DNA of 64,000 bases. It comes from Macrostomum hystrix (lineage: Eukaryota > Animalia > Platyhelminthes). Positions 1 to 12,217 of the stretch are shown piece by piece. The translations under genes and the position numbers were made by a program. Every line of letters begins with the position of its first letter. The stretch's first letter is position 1. The stretch lies in NCBI GenBank assembly GCA_950097015.1, contig CATNEN010000038.1:11284001-11348000 (forward strand), read 5' to 3'. Below the pieces are notes generated by a model that was given only the letters and a program-made list of their open reading frames with translations, was not told where the DNA came from and did no database searches.

Positions 1-130
1 CTCAGTTGCGAGTTTTCGGGATCGAGTTTTATTCGAGATCGAGATTTGAGTTTTGATCGAGAAACAAAATTTTATGATCGTTTTATATTTTGTTGTTTAC
101 AAAAAATCTTAATTTGATCTCGGGACACAG

Positions 131-3100
131 CATTCACAACTTGCAACACCGCGCAGGGTTCTACTACTCCCAAGACCTCTTCAAGGCTGTCAGGGTGGCC
201 GCCAACGTCTGGTACCAAGGCATGCGCCAGTTCAGGCACCAGCTGCTCAGTTCCGGCGAACACGAAGCCGACGTTGTTCAAAAGTTGCATCCGAGCTTTA
301 ACTGCACCACGTCAGACTGGAGAGGATCTTATTGGGAGTACGGAAAACGCATTGCCAAGTTAGTTTCTACGTTTATTTGTATAGGCTGCCTTGTTGACTT
401 GCGTGGGATACAGATTAGGAGGAAAGGGGAAGATTTGCTTGTTTTATAGCGAGAAGCCGCCAGTGCTAAATTAAAAAGCACACGACTCCATAAAACATTC
501 GTTCTAAAAGTAGGAACTGAAATCAGAGACTTGTCTTAGAAGGAGGGCAAAGTTTCTCCTCCCAGTCCCACGTAGGCTGAGTCTTTATTAAAGCACCAAG
601 CAGTAAACATGTTGACTGCACTTTACAACGAACAAAGAGACAAGTCACGAGACAAGAAGAACAAGGGAGAGAGAACAAAAAGAGGCTAGTGTGGGACAGA
701 GGGGGTACATACTCAGTCCAGGCGGGGAGAGAATGTACACTCAATGTGCGCACACGGCCGGGGTGCGGGTAGGGCTGAGAGGAAACCGACAGAGCGGCAC
801 CAGAGGGAGGCCGGCAGGGCCTTCACTCACAACAGGCACCGAGGCTACCTAGCAGATGGGGCAACTGACATCTAGCGAGACACAAACAGGCCCCTAAGCA
901 GTGATTCACAGCATATTCAACTTGAAAATTTGATCCGCCGACCAGAATCGCCAAGTCCAGGTCCTTCTGCCACAAGTGCGACGGCAGCAGCTCCGAGACG
1001 ATCGGCTTCGACAGGAACGGCGTCATCAACAGCACCGAGTTTCTGCTGGTGAACACGCAGATTAAGAAGAACGAGATGAAGTGGTTCCCTGTGGGCAGTT
1101 GGAGCATGAGCGGTGGGCACGACACGTCGCGGCGCACCAAGTTCAGCATCGACAGCGTCGTGTGGCCCGGAAACTCAAAGACGCCGCCTCTTGGCAGGCC
1201 GCAGAAGTTTCGTCTGCGAGTGGCAACGCTGGAGGAGGACCCGTTCGTCACCTATCGGGCCCTGGAAGCTGACGGACGCTGCGGTGAGACGTCGCTGAAG
1301 TGCCGTGTTGTGATGGACAATGCTAGCGAATTTCGCTGGCCCGAGGGTGACAATGGAAACAGCTCAGAGACGGCCGAGGCCGCCCGCTACGAGTACAACT
1401 GCTGCTCGGGTCTCACAATCGACCTTCTGCGCGAGTTAATGAAGGATCTGGACTTCGATGTGGACCTTTTTGAGGTTCCCGACAAAAAGTGGGGCGGCTG
1501 GACAGTAAGTGGTCTTCTGTTCGGCGCAGTTAGACACTTTCAAATCGAGAATTGAGGTTCGACCCAGTGGTTATAACTTCGTACATATAAGTGTGAGACA
1601 GGATACTATTTATCCAGGAAACTTTGTATCCTTCAGGGAGACTAAAATTTAATTACTTAGGTTCACACATCTAAGAAATGTTTAGACCAATTCGAGAGGT
1701 GGGTGGCAGAGAAGTATTACGAGCCAGCCTCTCGCACCAAAATCCCTGAGCTTGATTCAGCGGCGAGGTCACATTCATTTGGGGCGGAGAGAAGGCTTGA
1801 GGGCTTGTTCCCACAGAAACCATTCCTACAGAAACTCTCGCGCCAAGGTCCCTTGATAATCCCTTCCATTCTTAGAATCCCCTTCCTTTCCTAGAATCCT
1901 CTTTATTTCCTTTAATCCCCTTCAATTTCTGTAGGAGGGTGAGTAGCAGAGCGGTCTAACGCGTTTGCCTCACGCACCAAGGTCCCTGAGCTCGATTCCG
2001 CGGCGAGGCCACATTCATTTGGGGGGGAGAGAAGGCTTGAGGGCTTGTCGTGCAATTTACGCCATTAAGGGCCAACCTCCAAGGCACAGTGAGAGTGTAC
2101 ACTGCCTGACGATGAGAAAGTCAGGGCAGATGTACTCACCTGTTTGAGCGTGTGCCTGCGTACTGTATCTGTGTGCGTGTTAGCTCAGGAGTCAGCGGAA
2201 TGTGTAGAATTGCCTCCTCGCCGGCTGCGGTTCTAGTGTCACCAGATGATGTGCCAGTGCCCAAAGCCCTCCCGCCAATAGTTTTATAACAATATAATTT
2301 CCTCTTCGGCAGACTCAAGGCTGGAACGGCCTGGTGAGGGTCCTGCTGGAGGCCAAGGCGGATCTCGTGCTGACGGCGCTGAAGATCACACCAAACAGAA
2401 GCGAGCAGATCGACTTCAGCCTGCCCTACCATCGCACAGGTATCACCATCCTGGTGGCGCTGCGAGAGGGTGCGATCTCGACGCGAGCGTTCCTCAGTAA
2501 GTTTTGGGACAAATTAGTTGCCTCAACCGTTTCAATAATTTTTTAGCCTGCTTGCCTAGAGGCCAAACCTCTTCCGAAAACACTCGAACCATTTATGTTT
2601 TTATTGTCATTCGCAGTGGGCTGTGGGAAAGGTGGCATCACCTTGGCAACAATAGACCGAAGGCCAGTGAATACGCACACAGGCATGCGAATCTGCCTTG
2701 ACTTTCTAATCGTCAGACAGTCTCTCTGTGCCTTGTGATATTGACCCTTATATGAGCGTTAGGTTATATTGCACGACTTGCTCCAAAGCCTTTCTTGGCC
2801 TGTGTTGGGAAAACTAGTATTCTGTACTATACTTTTAAAATGCTTCAGAACCGTACGACTATCCGTCCTGGTGCCTCATCCTGGTCTTCTCCGTGCACGC
2901 CTGTGGAGCCGCTCTGTTTCTGTTCGAGTGGCTCAGTCCGCAAGGCCTGGACCGTGGCAACGTGCCGCCAAGGGGTGCGTGACCCGCTGTTCAGGCCTCT
3001 ATAAATTACTTGAACTGCATTAAAAAAATCTAATTATCATCCTAAATTATCGTAAACGAATGTCCATCAACTTAAAAGTGAGGTTAAATAGGCAGACAAA

Positions 3101-6100
3101 TTACGTATAAATCATGCTGTACAGCTGTTCAGTCCGTGGACTGGGGGGGGGGGGTAAAACCACCCATTTAATAATGGGTGCGGCGGTTTAAATAATACCG
3201 AATAACGCTGGTACTCATTTACAGCTGAGTCATAGAACTCAGAATCTATGCTGAAATAACTACATGCACCTTTACTTCCTTACCATGGTCCTTTTTGGTT
3301 TTACAGTTCGTAGAATGTAGAATCTGAAAGTCTGAATGCCGAGTAGGCAATTCTGATGGACTGTTCTGAGAAAAATAACACAGATACACTAGTAGTAGCA
3401 GCATTCTTCAACCGATTTTCATTTTTTAAGTCAGAATATATATTTTTTGCATTTTGGTTAAGGCCTGTCTGCCAAACTTAGCTAGTAATTTTAGCTGAGA
3501 GAAAGCTAAAGTAAATAAAAAACTTTTTTGTAAAGAAGGAATTTTACGCTGCATTAAAAAAATTAAAAAAAAATTCTGCATCTAATCTTTTAACACTGCC
3601 TCCAAAATGAAAATGTACATTCTGCTGCAGGATTTCCCGTGGAAAAACCAAGAGCCTAGTGTGTAAAATAGTGTGTGTAAAGCGAGATTTCGAGCATACT
3701 GTCGGTTTCTTAAACCCCGCACCTCCAGAGCACAAGTTCAGCCTATTCCGCTCCCTCTGGCTGATATGGTCGATGCTGTTCGGCGCCGCTGTCAACGCCG
3801 ACAATCCCAGAGGCGTGGCCAGCCGGTTTCTTGGCAACATCTGGGCTCTCTTCGCCCTAGTGTTTCTGGCCTCCTACACTGCCAACCTGGCCGCCTTCAT
3901 GATCGCCGAGGAGTCTTACTACGACCTGGCCGGCATTAACGACTGGCGCCTCATGGAGCCGGGGATGCACCGGCCGCCGTTTCGCTTCGCCACGGTGCCA
4001 TCCGGCGCCACCGAGGAGAATGTCAAGATGAATTTTCCTCGCATGGCAGAGTACATGCGCAACTACAGTAAAAGCAACCTGGATGAGGGCATCAAGGCGC
4101 TCAAGAATCAGTAAGCTCTACAATTCTGCATCTGGCAATAATTCAATTTTTTATTTTACCCTACATAAACTTCTGTGATACGCTACACAAGTCTGGCATT
4201 GGTGTAGAGGTTGCACAGAAGGGCAGGTAAAAGAGCGGCGCCGCAGTGCACCGGTCACCGACTCCATCGCCTTGATCAGTGCTTATCGATTGAAAGACCG
4301 CACTGGGGAAATCCCCCCCTGGGGAAAGACCATTTCAAATACATCGCTGATATTCAGATTCTGATGACAAGGAAAGCAAACATTGTTCTGTAGAAACCTC
4401 TATTGCGAACCCACCTATTGGCTCAATAATTTATATTCTTCTGTCGTAGGGGCCTTTTTTCTTAGCAATCCCAGTCACCAGGGTCCGGCTCATCACTGCC
4501 TGGAGCATCGGCGGCGACCTTCAGGACCTTCAACAAAAGCACTCGGTCAGAATCTCAAATATGGCTGCGTTCCGGAAGCCGAAATTAAAGAATCCTCTTT
4601 TGCACCCGATGCTCCAAATCCAGAACAAGTCAATAACAATAGTATGAGCTCACATTTGTAGGAGTGCTGTGGGCACTGACTGGTCGATCATTTGGTGACA
4701 CTTGACTCGAAGCCGACGAGGCACTTCTGCCAATTGCGCTGACTCCTGAGCACACATTTCTGTACACAGGCACACCCTCAAACATGTTTGGACATCTGCC
4801 CTGACTTTCTCAACTTGAGGCTCCGTGAAGTAAATTAATTGTACGAGCTACATGCAGCCCTGCCTTCAAGCCTTCTCTCCGTGGCTGGGCCCCAAATGAA
4901 TGTGGCATCGCCGCGGAATAGAGTTCAGGACCTGGGCGCAAGAGGCAAACCCATCAACCGCTCTGCCACTCGCCCCCTTGATTTGTGCTCAGCTAACAGT
5001 CGACGAAGCGCGTCGGTAGGGCACCTCCAGTACCCTAAGCTGGCAAAAATGCTCCGCTGGCTTCTGAGCACTAACAGGCACACATTTGTCTACATCGGCC
5101 TTGAATTTCTCATCGTCAGGCAGTGTACACTCTCACTGTGCTTTGGAGGTTGGTACTCAATTGCACGAAAAGCCCGATAAACCCTCCCACTGCGGCTGCG
5201 GCTTGAATGTGGCCTAACATTCCGGCCGGCCTAGTAACATTAAAAAAGGTCAACTGTTAGGTAAATTGACCAAAAAATATTTTGAGTATATTACCCTTTG
5301 CGACAGCTTTTTGCAATGGACTGTAGCGAGCCACCAGCGAGTTACCAACGCAATCGCACCAGTTGGTCTGTTGCTCCCAGGCTCGTAATTGGATGAAAGT
5401 TCGATTTCCCCTGGATTAGCGATGCTCGCTATAGCTGCAGCTAACCAGCGAGCACTATTGTCATTTGCTGCCTAATACTAGCGCCTCGATTATTATAAGC
5501 CATACTTGCTGCCTGCTCAGTCGGGACTTCACTATCGTGACTGGTGAAGCCTACAGATAGGCCTCCAAAATGGAAGAAAAATTCTGGACAGTTATGCAAA
5601 AGCCCGGATCTGTGCGATCGTCAGATTGATCTGCGCCACCCGAATTCTCTTTCTCTCTTGTATTTATTTGTATGGAATGTCAGGCGACTTTCGCACACAG
5701 CTGTTCGTCAGCCAAAGTTTGACCACGCTATCGATGGCAGCCACGCAGGGGCAGAAAAAAATGGCGTGCCATGCGTTTGCTGCAGTTTAATTGCCAACCA
5801 ATTCAGCAACCTGCTGATGGAAATGAACGCATCGCGACAATGTTCTACATATGCAGCTGTCTCCAATGCTACCAACAAAACAAAATTAAAACAAAAAACC
5901 GCTTTAGTTTGAAGTCAAACGAATCAGGACCTGGCCCCACTAAGGGCGGCGAATTTTTGCGTGAATTTTCCAATAAAGTTTTCCAATAATTTTCCAAGTT
6001 TGCGCCTACATTTAAGGGCAGAATAATAGGGCATCAGAACGAAGGCTTTTGTTAACGTATATTTGACCAATACGATCCGATGTCCAAATTTGAGAAGCCT

Positions 6101-9100
6101 AATGCACCGTACTTACTATCTGTGTTGCTTCAAGCAGGTTCCACGATTTTTTACTTTGTCTCAATCCTTTTAAACTGGGAGTGTTGACAGAGAAGACAAA
6201 GAAAGACCTAAATTCTGAACCGAATACAAGAGCAACAAAAGGCTTCTCTAGAAAAATGCTTTCCATTGATTTTTTAAACAGCGCGTTTGAAAACGTCTTT
6301 GAAAACCTAATTGTAAAGCATTTTGACGGTGTAATAATAAGATTTTCATATAACTATTATTACGCGACGAATGTGAGCTCACTCGTGGCTTAGCCATACT
6401 GAATGTGGCCTCGCTGTGGAATCCATCACATCGGTGCTAGATGCTGATGCGTCAGACCACTCCGCAACCCACCACCTCGGTATACTTTGGACCAAACTAA
6501 GCAGACACATGGTGTGCGCTTGCCTATTGAAAAGAAATAAAAAACAAAAGTATACACAGCTGCTTGAGTTTGTGCCTGCATATGGAGTACGCTTCAGATA
6601 CCCAGAACTTCATATTTTTAAAGTACTTCCCTCACACTAGCTCGTATTAGATTTTCACATTTTTCTAGATTCCCAGTTGAATGATACTATGAAAAAGCCA
6701 TGGATAGAAAATAGATGATTGAAAATCGCTAAATGATGTCGTCTAATTGGTAGATTTATGCTAGGCTTCCGAGTGCGTAAATCACAGATTCTATATTACC
6801 TATAATATAGAATATAGAATAGAATATAGGTAATATAGAATCTGTGGCGTAAATAGTCTTGGCACGAGTGCGCGCAGTAGCATAAGTGCATTGATTTATG
6901 ACCAAGTGTGTGTGCGCAAGACCAGCTCCTTCGGCCCATAGACAATACCCGTCTGGGATTTACTGCATAGTAGCTCAGAAGAGGGATGGCACGGAGATCA
7001 AGTGGGGCAACATAGTCATGTCATTTACCGCACAGTTGTGGAATTTACTGCACACTTCAATCTATTTCTTTGATGGCCTTTGGGCCATAAACTATACACG
7101 AGCTTGAGACGTTTACGCACACTTGGTTATATGTCAATGTTACAATTTTAAGGGTGACGTGTTTTAATTAAAATGATAAACATTTATATTGAGAGGCCAA
7201 CTCGAGGAGCAACTAGAGCGAATATAGTTCACCCCAAAAGGGGGCGTTAATTGCTTGTCATCTACACTTAACACAATACATGAATCCCTCAGCGAAATCG
7301 ACGCTTTCATCTACGACGCTACAGTGCTGCAGTACCGGGTGGGCAAAGACAAGGACTGCAAGCTGAAGACAGTCGGCAACTGGTACTCCATGACTGGCTA
7401 CGGCGTGGGCTTCCCCAAGGGCTCCAAATGGAAAACCGACATCGACCGGCAAATTTTGATTTATCGAAAAAATGGTGCGCAAAGATCTAAAATTTTTTGC
7501 CAATGGAGACTCTTTCTCATAAGAAAAGAAACCAAACATTCTCACGCAGGTCTGCTCGAGCGCTGGAGCAAATACTGGTTCACTGGAGCCTGCCAGCAGA
7601 GCGGCCGCCTTCGCAACTCTAACCAGACTCTGGGCGTCAAGAACTTCATCAGCGCCTTTATCCTGCTGATTGGCGGGATGCTGCTTTGCTGCCTGCTACT
7701 GGTCCTTGAGCACTGGTTCTACCGGTACATGCGGCCTCGGCTCAAGGACTTCGACAAGTACGGATGCTGCGGGCTCGTGTCAATTGTGAGTTCTGCACCG
7801 ATGAGCCTAATCTGCAAATGAAAAACCTAACAATTTCACCTTCGCCACGTCTAGCTTCCAAAATTAATTCTGCGTCTGCTACGTTGACACCTTTCAGAAG
7901 TATTTCAGTCCCTACCATGTCCTAGGAAACCTAATTCAAATCTACAGCCGTGATACCATCAGGCCTGATTCGTAGCTACTGCTGTGTGTTCAAACAAGAT
8001 TTCCAATTTTTTCCCTATCGACACAAAAGAGAATCAACAGCCCGAAGCGGGTCTCACGTGTGCACTAAATTTAATGGAGTTAGATTATCAATAAAAGCTG
8101 GACAGATTATCAGCGGAGGCCGCAAAGGCTAGCCTCGCGGTCTCAAAAAAGCAAGTTTCACTTGACAACTCGGCGGTCAGTTGGAACACCCAGCAAATCG
8201 CTTGGGGATATGAAGAGGCCATATAGAGAGCCCAGCCTCATTAGCATAACCAGTCTAGCGTCCAGTCGCTACTCTATTCTCTCTTCCACTCGCTGCCGCT
8301 CTCCCGATGCGGCACCCGCCTGAGCCATTTTCCAGGAAACGAGGAAGCTTCCTCCCAGAGAGACAGACAGAAAGGCCAGCTGCAGCACTGTTGGAGGTGA
8401 ACAAGGTTGACACCGGGGCGAGGGCGCCAGGAGGCTCATAAATTTTATGCTTGCCCGCTTCTCGGCTGGGATAATTGAAGTAGAGCGAGAGGTTGAGAGG
8501 AAAGGGGATAGGGCGGGATGGGAGCTCCACGGGAGTCACACAGGCATTCCTGTGATACCTCCTGGGAGAGACAGTGTTCCGCAGAGTTCGAGCTCTGCTT
8601 CAGGCCGAGCGAGTGCAAGTATCTTCCTGTTGCTTCACCGAACTGCGCGCGTCATTCTTTTTCTCTGCTTGGTCACTATTTTAGGGACAAACATCCAAGG
8701 AATTTTTGATGGAGAATAATCTACCTGACAAAAATTTCATTTTCATGGACTGTAAGCACGGACGCATCAGTTGATGACAGTCGACCCGCAGCTAGCGACG
8801 AGGCAGTTCTGCCCGTTTCGCTGTCTCCTGAGCACACACACACACAGATACCGTACGCAGGCAAGCACTCACATATTATGAAACATGTGTGTACATCTGT
8901 CCTGACTTTCCCATCGAGGCATTTCGTTGCACTCTCACTGTTTTAACTGAATATGGCCCCACCACGGATTTGAGCTCAATCGGACGCGTTTGAGCCCCTC
9001 CGTCATTCACTCCCCTATATCGACTTAATTCGTGAGACAATGAACCCTTGGTCCTGATAAAATAAAGAATATTTCTTCCTGATGAAAAATCTAAAATTTA

Positions 9101-10254
9101 TGTAACTCCACAGAGCATGGGCCAGCTGTTGTCCTTCGAACAGTCTGTTAATCAGACTGTCGACCTGATGAAGCATCACAAATGCAAGAATCCTATTTGT
9201 GAGACACAATTGTGGAAGCTGCGCCATGAATTGGACACCTCGAGGCGTCGGCTGCACAAAATGGAGGCCCTTTTGATGATGCAGCAACAGCAGCAGCAGC
9301 AGCAGCAGGTAACCGCAGGCTGTGTCACCTGGGCCGATCAGCAGCCACATGCTACTGGCAGTGGCAGTTACAACGGCTCGAACACGAGACGTCGGGGATT
9401 ATCCATCGGAGCGGGTGGCTATGACTATTTAGAGATTTCGGCCAACAGGTAAGAATTATAATTAAGCTCAATTTACCTATAGAAGGATCGGTTAAATAAA
9501 TGTTACTATGTTTCTCGTAGATTTACGTCACTAAGTTATTTTTAGCTTGATCCTATTGAGATCTCACTGAATTGTACTCAGATCTCACTGAAACCCACTT
9601 AGATCTCAATGAATCCTACTGAGATCTCACTAAATCCTATTGACATCTCACTGAATCATACTGAGATCTCCCTGAATCCTACTGAGATCCCCCTGAATCC
9701 TACTGAGATCCCCCTGAATCCTACTGAGATCTCACTGAGATACCCAATTCCTGCCTCAAAACAGCTCAGAAGCTGAGTTGGCCCGGAAGCTGCAGCAGCC
9801 GCCGGAGCAACAGTGCCAGCAGCTCTCCACCCTGGTCGTGCCTGTACAGCAGCACGTTTATCCAAGCTCTCTGTCTCCAATGTCGTTTCCTGGTTCGGAA
9901 TCTACGCTGCCACTTCACAATAGCCAACAGCGTCGCAGAAATCATCCACAATTACATCAGCAGCAACAGCAGGAGCAACACTTAAGCGAGCTTCCAGTAA
10001 ATCAGCGCTTCACAAGGGCGTCAAATTCCAGTTATCAGCTGGGCTCGCCAGCCAATCAGGAGCGGCCACCGTCGGCGCAGCGATCTGCTGAGATTCTATA
10101 CAAGCACCCCAGCATTAGGGCGTCTCCCTCGACTGCGGCATTGGCTTATTGTATGCCTCAGCAGCAGCAGCAACCAGCGTCTCTGGACATTGATACACGG
10201 GACGACTCAGCTGTTGAGAGGCAGACTCTAGTTGTGAAAGAGTCTGTCCTATAG
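131..10254 (+). CDS. GRIN2: NMDA-type ionotropic glutamate receptor, GluN2(/3)-like subunit; 5' part lies outside the window. Exons ~131-358, 946-1504, 2313-2496, 2849-2974, 3729-4110, 7293-7474, 7550-7785, 9114-9448, 9765-10254
   Basis: Phase-consistent GT-AG exons encode LRVATLEEDPFV, CCSGLTIDLL, IDFSLPY, AFLKPYD..W, M3 SYTANLAAFMI, S2 FATVPSGATE and AFIYDATVLQY, M4 FISAFILLIGG; C-terminus ESVL is a class I PDZ ligand. Confidence 0.92.
1697..1809 (+). mobile_element. tRNA-derived SINE family 1, 5' fragment
   Basis: gcctctcgcaccaa..ccctgagcttgattc..ggcgaggtcacattcatttgggg..gagaaggcttgagggcttgt matches the head of the copy at 1937-2250. Confidence 0.75.
1937..2250 (+). mobile_element. tRNA-derived SINE family 1, near full-length copy
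   Basis: Pol III A box TAGCAGAGCGG and B-box-like GAGCTCGATTCC in a tRNA-like head; the body recurs at about 10 places in the window on both strands. Confidence 0.85.
2676..2740 (-). mobile_element. SINE family 1, degenerate internal fragment
   Basis: atctgccttgactttctaatcgtcagacagt..ctgtgccttg is the reverse complement of the SINE body. Confidence 0.55.
3116..3232 (-). mobile_element. SINE family 2 (CORE-like), 3' fragment
   Basis: Reverse complement ctcagctgtaaatgagtac...cccccagtccacggactgaacagc matches 13670-13745. Confidence 0.6.
4690..4978 (-). mobile_element. SINE family 1, diverged near full-length copy
   Basis: gtgacac..gctgactcctgagcac..catctgccctgactttctc..aagccttctctcc..ccccaaatgaatgtggc..cgctctgccact. 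Confidence 0.8.
5072..5216 (-). mobile_element. SINE family 1, internal fragment
   Basis: tctcatcgtcaggcagtgtacactctcactgtgctttggaggttgg is the reverse complement of the SINE body. Confidence 0.75.
6398..6475 (-). mobile_element. SINE family 1, degenerate head fragment
   Basis: tgaatgtggcctcgctgtggaatc...gaccactccgc. Confidence 0.5.
6783..6846. mobile_element. 64-bp miniature inverted-repeat element with 8-bp TSD
   Basis: Perfect 22-bp TIR CACAGATTCTATATTACCTATA / TATAGGTAATATAGAATCTGTG, flanked by direct repeat GCGTAAAT (6775-6782, 6847-6854). Confidence 0.85.
8770..9012 (-). mobile_element. SINE family 1, diverged copy
   Basis: gacccgcagctagcgacgaggcagttctg..ctcctgagcacac..cagataccgtacgcaggca..tacatctgtcctgacttt. 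Confidence 0.75.
9550..9740. repeat. Intronic minisatellite, 21-bp unit (tcctactgagatctcactgaa)
   Basis: About 9 tandem units ending ~25 bp before the acceptor at 9764. Confidence 0.85.
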
Positions 10255-10729
10255 ATAGGTTTTTACCTGTGTCCGCTTTCTGAATGCCGACAGTAATACA
10301 ATAAGGAGAATTGAAAGTTGAAATCATTCAATGTTCAATTATGTCTTCCCCTGAATTGATACTTGTTCTAGCTAGCCGGTCATATTACTCGTAATTAATA
10401 TCATTAGCCATGTCGTAGCTTCGTGATCTCTAGCTCAACAAATCACATTCATTGCCTGTTGCTAGAGTATGTGCATACTTTCATGGCTGATAAATGCAAT
10501 AATACAAATACGATCATGGAATCCAAACTGCCACATTTATTCAAACATGCTTTGAACTGTTGACCCGTTGTCAAAGCTGAATGGTTTATTTGTGCTACTG
10601 GCTAATAACGATATTTAAAAAAGAAACAGAACTCAGAAGTATCCGCCAAAATTCTAACTTGGAAAAACTGTTTCTTAACAAAAAACATTTATAACAAAAA
10701 GCTTACAAAAGTATGTGATTGTCACACTT

Positions 10730-12217
10730 CTAGTCACTCTCAGTGAGCCCCAAATCGTTCACTGTCACTCTTCTAGTCACATTCAGGGCCGGCAGTCGCA
10801 GCTCCAGCCAACCGTCGGGCCGCAGGTTGGCCGTCAGCTTATCGGTATCGAAGCCTCTCGGCAGAGACGCGCTGAACTCCAGGCTCCGATGCAGCCTCTG
10901 GCCGTCCTGCACCTGTAGGGTTAGCTGATCTGCGTGGACGACCACCACCAGAGAAGCGCCATTCCGGACGATATTGACGTTAATGTCCTTGGCATCAAAC
11001 TCGCGAGCGCTGACTCGAATCTGCGAATACATTTTTTGTTGTCGGTACTTTTTGTTGTCAGTAAAGGACTTTTTAGAGGTTCGCGTCGTAGGGGAGACCT
11101 CAGACTGAATTTGAGTGCGCTAGCTAGGATTTGAAGACGGCTAACATTGATGTGAGGGCGCCAGCGCGGATTTGGGCCCTTAAGCTTACCAGCAGGCAGC
11201 AAGGCTGGCCGGTCTTTGGATTCCTAACAGTCTCCATAACTGACTGAGCAGCCGATGATTTCACGGTTTTAAGAGACGACGCCCGAATTGCGGAGTTGCC
11301 TCGGATCGGTGCTCGAACCACTAACCTGCCGTCGCTTTTTAAAGCCGACTGGACCCGCTCAGCGTCGGCATGCCGCGGAAGGCAGAGGGTGCGGCGAATC
11401 TCGTAGAGATCGTCGCCGGATTTCCAGCAGGCGTGAATGCGTACTAGGCGTCCTTCGACGTTTACCTCGATTTCCTCTGGTCTAGAGGGTTTAGTTAAAA
11501 CGGCATTTACAAAAAAGTGATTATTTATTGTCAATTCGTCGCCCATTTAACGATTGGGCATCTACGAGCATAAATGCAGATTGCTGACCAGATCTGAGAT
11601 CTGGATCATCTGGTCATTCGGATGATTCCCTCTGGACCATGTAGATGTAGTGTCTATTTATTATGATTTATTGACGTCATCAGCATATCATAAATTAGAC
11701 AGTGGGATATTATTCACGTGATTGAAGCCTGAGTTAGATTTCTTTATTTAGTATTCTCACCTTGAATTGAAATTATTTTGCTATTTTTACCTTACTAAAC
11801 TAAATTCATTATTAAATAGTTGTAAATCAGCTTCTGAAATGTTACATGATTCCGTGGGGTTTCGGATTTTCGACCTCAATTAGATGCGCTAATTAGTGAA
11901 TTTTATATAGCAGCGGCTCTGGCTAGACTCTTTGATCGACGCCAAAAGCCTTAGGGTGGAGGTTGTGGACTGGAAACTAATTATCCTAACCGGCACACAA
12001 TTAGAACTTTCCAAGTGTTATCTTTGCTACAGTCAAGGTGTGACAATTAACTGTGTCAAAACACTGCAATCATCTTTGCTAAATAAACTCTTCTGTGTCC
12101 CGCGCCTAAATCTTATCTTAATTAGTTATATGAAATTGTAAATTAGGCCGCTCCATTCGCTTACCGAAAGCCAGGTAGCAGGACGGTTTCGTAAAAGCTG
12201 GTTTCCGAATTCGACAT
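10730..12217 (-). CDS. Small heat-shock protein with two alpha-crystallin domains (flatworm p40/Tsp36-like); exons 12217-12165, 11481-11190, 11020-10730
   Basis: Spliced product MSNSETSFYETVLLPGFR|PEEIEVNVEG..RRTLCLPRHADAERVQSALKSDGRLVVRAP..CCLL|IRVSAREFDAKDINV..SLPRGFDTDKLTANLRPDGWLELRLP; two HSP20 signatures; GT-AG phases match. Confidence 0.85.

Noticed and set aside
450-900. Solo-LTR-like GC-rich intronic segment with minus-strand AATAAA (similar patch at 8250-8700)
   Set aside because: Could not define TG...CA ends with a TSD or find a second copy
2100-2135. Hammerhead ribozyme or SECIS in the SINE (CTGACGA...GAAA)
   Set aside because: The motifs lie in one simple hairpin with no room for stem II; spacing does not fit a SECIS
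4358-4380. Hammerhead core ctgatga-caag-gaaa
   Set aside because: No supporting helices I-III
11021-11189. Frameshift or readthrough between the two HSP20 ORFs
   Set aside because: A phase-0 GT-AG intron joins them cleanly
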